From: Anaeramoeba ignava BMAN
Lineage: Eukaryota; Protista; Anaeramoebae
Length of the DNA: 64,000 nucleotides
Assembly: GCA_028826165.1 (NCBI GenBank)
Contig: JAPDFW010000063.1
Coordinates: 248,001 to 312,000, forward strand
Reading direction: 5' to 3'
The translations under genes were made by a program, and so were the position numbers. Shown one piece after another: positions 60,801 to 64,000 of this stretch. The notes beneath the pieces are model-generated. The model was given only the letters and a program-made list of their open reading frames with translations, ran no database searches and was not told where the DNA came from. Position 1 is the stretch's first letter; each line of letters opens with the position of its first letter.

Positions 60801-63800
60801 AATATTGGTTCTGGTTCACTGCAACGGAAATTTGTGGGTTTGTATAGAGAGTTGTTTGAGAGAGTGTTTTGTGGTTGTTTTCCTCGCAAATTTCATCATG
60901 AGATGTAATTGTAAATTCGCTGAATTTTTTCTTGATAGTTTCGCTAATTTCCTTTCTTAGACTATATACAGATTGACTCTGGTGCACATTCAGTTTATAC
61001 GAAGTAGTTTCAGTATCCTGGAATATCACTTCAATATCGAAAGGCTTCATCTTCGAATACATGTGTCTTGTGAATGGGATTCTTTCTGGGATGATTGTTT
61101 CTTCAATCGCTTCAACAAGTTTTCTCATAACCAAAGCAATTCGTCCAACAGCCACTTTATTTGTTTCCTTGCTCTTGCGGATTGTCTCAATGCATTTGTT
61201 TATAAATCTTTTTCGGTATTCTTGGCCTAATTTGTTTGATAATTTCTTCGAAAGAATTTGGTATTCAACAATGTAATCGATAGCTAAATTTGCAATCTCT
61301 TCATTTTCACATTCCAAAATTAATTGCCATAAACGATCCATTCCAAGAATTTGTTTTTCTTCAGTTTTGATCACTTTGATTCTTGTTTTTCCGCTGATCA
61401 CTTTGTTTTCAAAGTTGATTTTCGTGCACAAATGTTTCCAAAGAGTAAACATTGTTTTTGTGAGTTTGCCAATTGGTACTGCATCAATTTTATCCATAAA
61501 TTCTTTCAAAATATCGGTTGTTGAATCGAGTGTGATGATCCAATTTGAGAATAATTCTCTTTCCTTTTCTGTAAGAGCTTCTTCAAAGAAGAATTTCCAG
61601 AATTCTTCGACATTTTCTGATGTGAAGATTGTATCATTTAAACTATCTGCCAAGAATTTTAAGAAGTTCATTCTAATTTCGATCTAAAGAAAAGTTTTTC
61701 AAATAAATTTATTATAATTTAAAAATTTATTATTATTTAAAATTTATTATTTAAAATTTATTATAATTTAAAAGTTTATTATAATTTAAAATTTATTATA
61801 ATTTAAAATTTATTAATAATTTAAAGTTTATTATAATTTAAAGTTTTATTATAATTTAAAATTTATTATAATTTAAAAGTTTATTATAATTTAAAAATTT
61901 ATTATAATTTAAGTTTTATTATAATTTAAAATTTATTATAATTTAAAAGTTTTTACGTTTTCAAGATAAGTTCGTCGATCAGCAACAATCTTATCATTAA
62001 GATTCTCGCTCTTATATCCATGTTTTTGAACCAAAATTCGAATTTGCTCCTTAAATCTTGCAATATCTTCCATCACACGGATTAACAATTGTTTATTATC
62101 AATACACTGTTTTATAACTGTAGCTTGAGTTGAAACACTCTTGAAAAAACTTGAACTTGGTTGAGTAGGATATGTCTTAATAATCTCAGTCAGAATAAGA
62201 AGAGTACTTGCTATGTTTTGTTTTTTCTGAAGTTCTAAAATGGCAGATGAAACAAACATTGTCTTGATATTTTCAGTGCAAGCGTTGCTATCAAAAATTG
62301 TTTTTAAATTTTCAAATACTTGATTGCGCAGATCTAAATCAATTTTTTCTCCAATATATAAATTCCACATCAAAACTGTTGGATGAATATACTGCTGTTT
62401 TATAGAATCTTTTGGTATATATTCCCCAATAGTTCCTATTGCCAAATTTTGTAAAAGTGTGAGTGTGTTGAAATCCCACTCTTTAATTTGCTTCATTTTG
62501 GAAAATAAAACTTGAAATAATTTCTCTGGATTTCGAATTGTAATATCGCATAAAAGTTTATAAATGGCTTGAGCATTAATTTGATGTTGGCCCTAAATTT
62601 ATTATATATTTTATTAAATATTTTATATTTATTTTTATTTATATTTTTTTTGATACAGATGCTTCGTTCCACATTTTAACAAAATCTTCCTCTGTAAACT
62701 TATTGTTTGCAAGGAGAAAATTAATCAATTCATCTGATCTTCTTGTAATTTCATGATGCATTTTTGGTCCGAATAATAATCCCAAAATATCTTTATTTTC
62801 CAACCATTTAAAAAATTTTCTTTTTTTTAAAATTAAAATTAAAATTAAAATTAAAAATATAAATATAAATATAAATATAAATATAAATATAAATAAAAAT
62901 ATTTACTCTTTATCAACCCAATTTTTATGATGAATATAATTTCTGGGATAATTTTTAGAATCAGATAATTGAATAATTATTGTTTTAATGGTTGTTATTC
63001 CAGAAACTCTAAAATCTAGAAAAGATGATTCCATAAATCGATAAGCAAGATCTGGATAAAAGTCTGCTTTGAAATCATTTGTTATTTTGCGATCTAAACT
63101 TGTTACTGCTTTAAAAATTAATTTGGCTACATTTTTGATATTTGCTTCTCCCATTTTTCTAAGTTGTTGGAAATCAACAAGTGTAATTTTTTTTAAAAAA
63201 GCCTGTAAATATGGAGTAAGAACTTTTAAAAATTCTTGAGTATATTGATTAGAAATCTAAGAAAAAGAAATAAGAGATTATTATTATAATTTATATTTTA
63301 AATATTTATATTTATATTTATATTTATATTTTAAATATTTATATTTATATTTATATTTATATTTTAAATATTTATATTTATATTTATATTTATATTTTAA
63401 ATATTTATATTTATATTTATATTTTAAATATTTATATTTATATTTATATTTTAAATATTTATATTTATATTTATATTTTAAATATTTATATTTATATTTA
63501 TATTTTAAATATTTTGTTTTTGTTACTTTTTCAATGCATCTAAGGTAATTATAAGTAACTTCTTGAGTTAATTTATGATCTTCTGAAAGTAAAAATCTGA
63601 TCATTTTTTCAAAACCACGAATTCTTCCAAAATATTCGATATTTTCCAAAAAGAAAGAAGAGACATCTTTCATAGATTGCTATTAATATTAATTTTAAAT
63701 ATTATTTTAATTTTAAATTTTAAATATTATTATTTTTATTTAGAAATACTTTAACGAATCGGAAATTGAATTTATCCTCTTTAATTTCTTGATCTTTTTC

Positions 63801-63966
63801 GATTTCTTGATCTTTTTCGATTTCTTGATCTTTTTCGATTTCTTGATCTTTTTCAAGTTCCATTTTATCTGTATCAATTTTTAAATCTTCAAATTTAATT
63901 GGATCGAAAGGTTTTTGTAAGAATTGAGTTGTATCTTGAGATTCCCAAAAAGAAACAAAATCTCCC
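54817..63966 (-). CDS. Large ubiquitin-specific protease (USP9X/USP24/USP34-like); 5' end beyond the window
   Basis: Cys box GLSNLGATCYMNSLLQQLF; QMDSYEFF; LHLKRFDYD; His box VHYGSAEYGHYYSFI; WIKFNDSTV; SAYLLFY; a ubiquitin-like segment upstream. Upstream exons are joined by GT-AG introns. Confidence 0.92.
63785..63856 (-). repeat. Coding 18-bp tandem repeat (EKDQEI)x4 in a USP exon
   Basis: TTTCTTGATCTTTTTCGA repeated on +. Confidence 0.8.
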
Positions 63967-64000
63967 TAAAATTATTATAATTATTTTAATTTAAATTTTA

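Noticed and set aside
35212-63966. Inteins or mobile-element ORFs in the large genes
   Set aside because: No intein splice-junction motifs, LAGLIDADG, transposase or reverse transcriptase signatures were seen.

Overview
Extremely AT-rich, intron-containing eukaryotic DNA. Gene content (class F flavodiiron protein, MVD, cAR/Crl-like GPCRs) and repeat style suggest an anaerobic protist such as an Anaeramoeba-like metamonad; this is inference only. About 16 gene loci were reconstructed by eye using GT-AG introns: exon 1 of a secreted protein, two hypothetical proteins, a 12-exon membrane-anchored phospholipase B with a PSI domain, diphosphomevalonate decarboxylase, an SMI1/KNR4 protein, three tandem 7TM GPCR copies (one corrupted), PIG-S, an F-box/TMEM185-like fusion, two tandem FDP-rubredoxin-NADH oxidoreductase fusions, VPS13 (three frameshifts), an Ena/VASP-like actin regulator, and a USP9X/24/34-like deubiquitinase running off the window. 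Most long introns and some intergenic spacers are filled with their own 6-12 bp satellite, so most short ORFs in the track are artefacts. Most notable: the duplicated self-sufficient oxygen-reductase fusion whose copies differ mainly around the diiron site, the AG-depleted satellite introns with microexons, and several unusual domain architectures.
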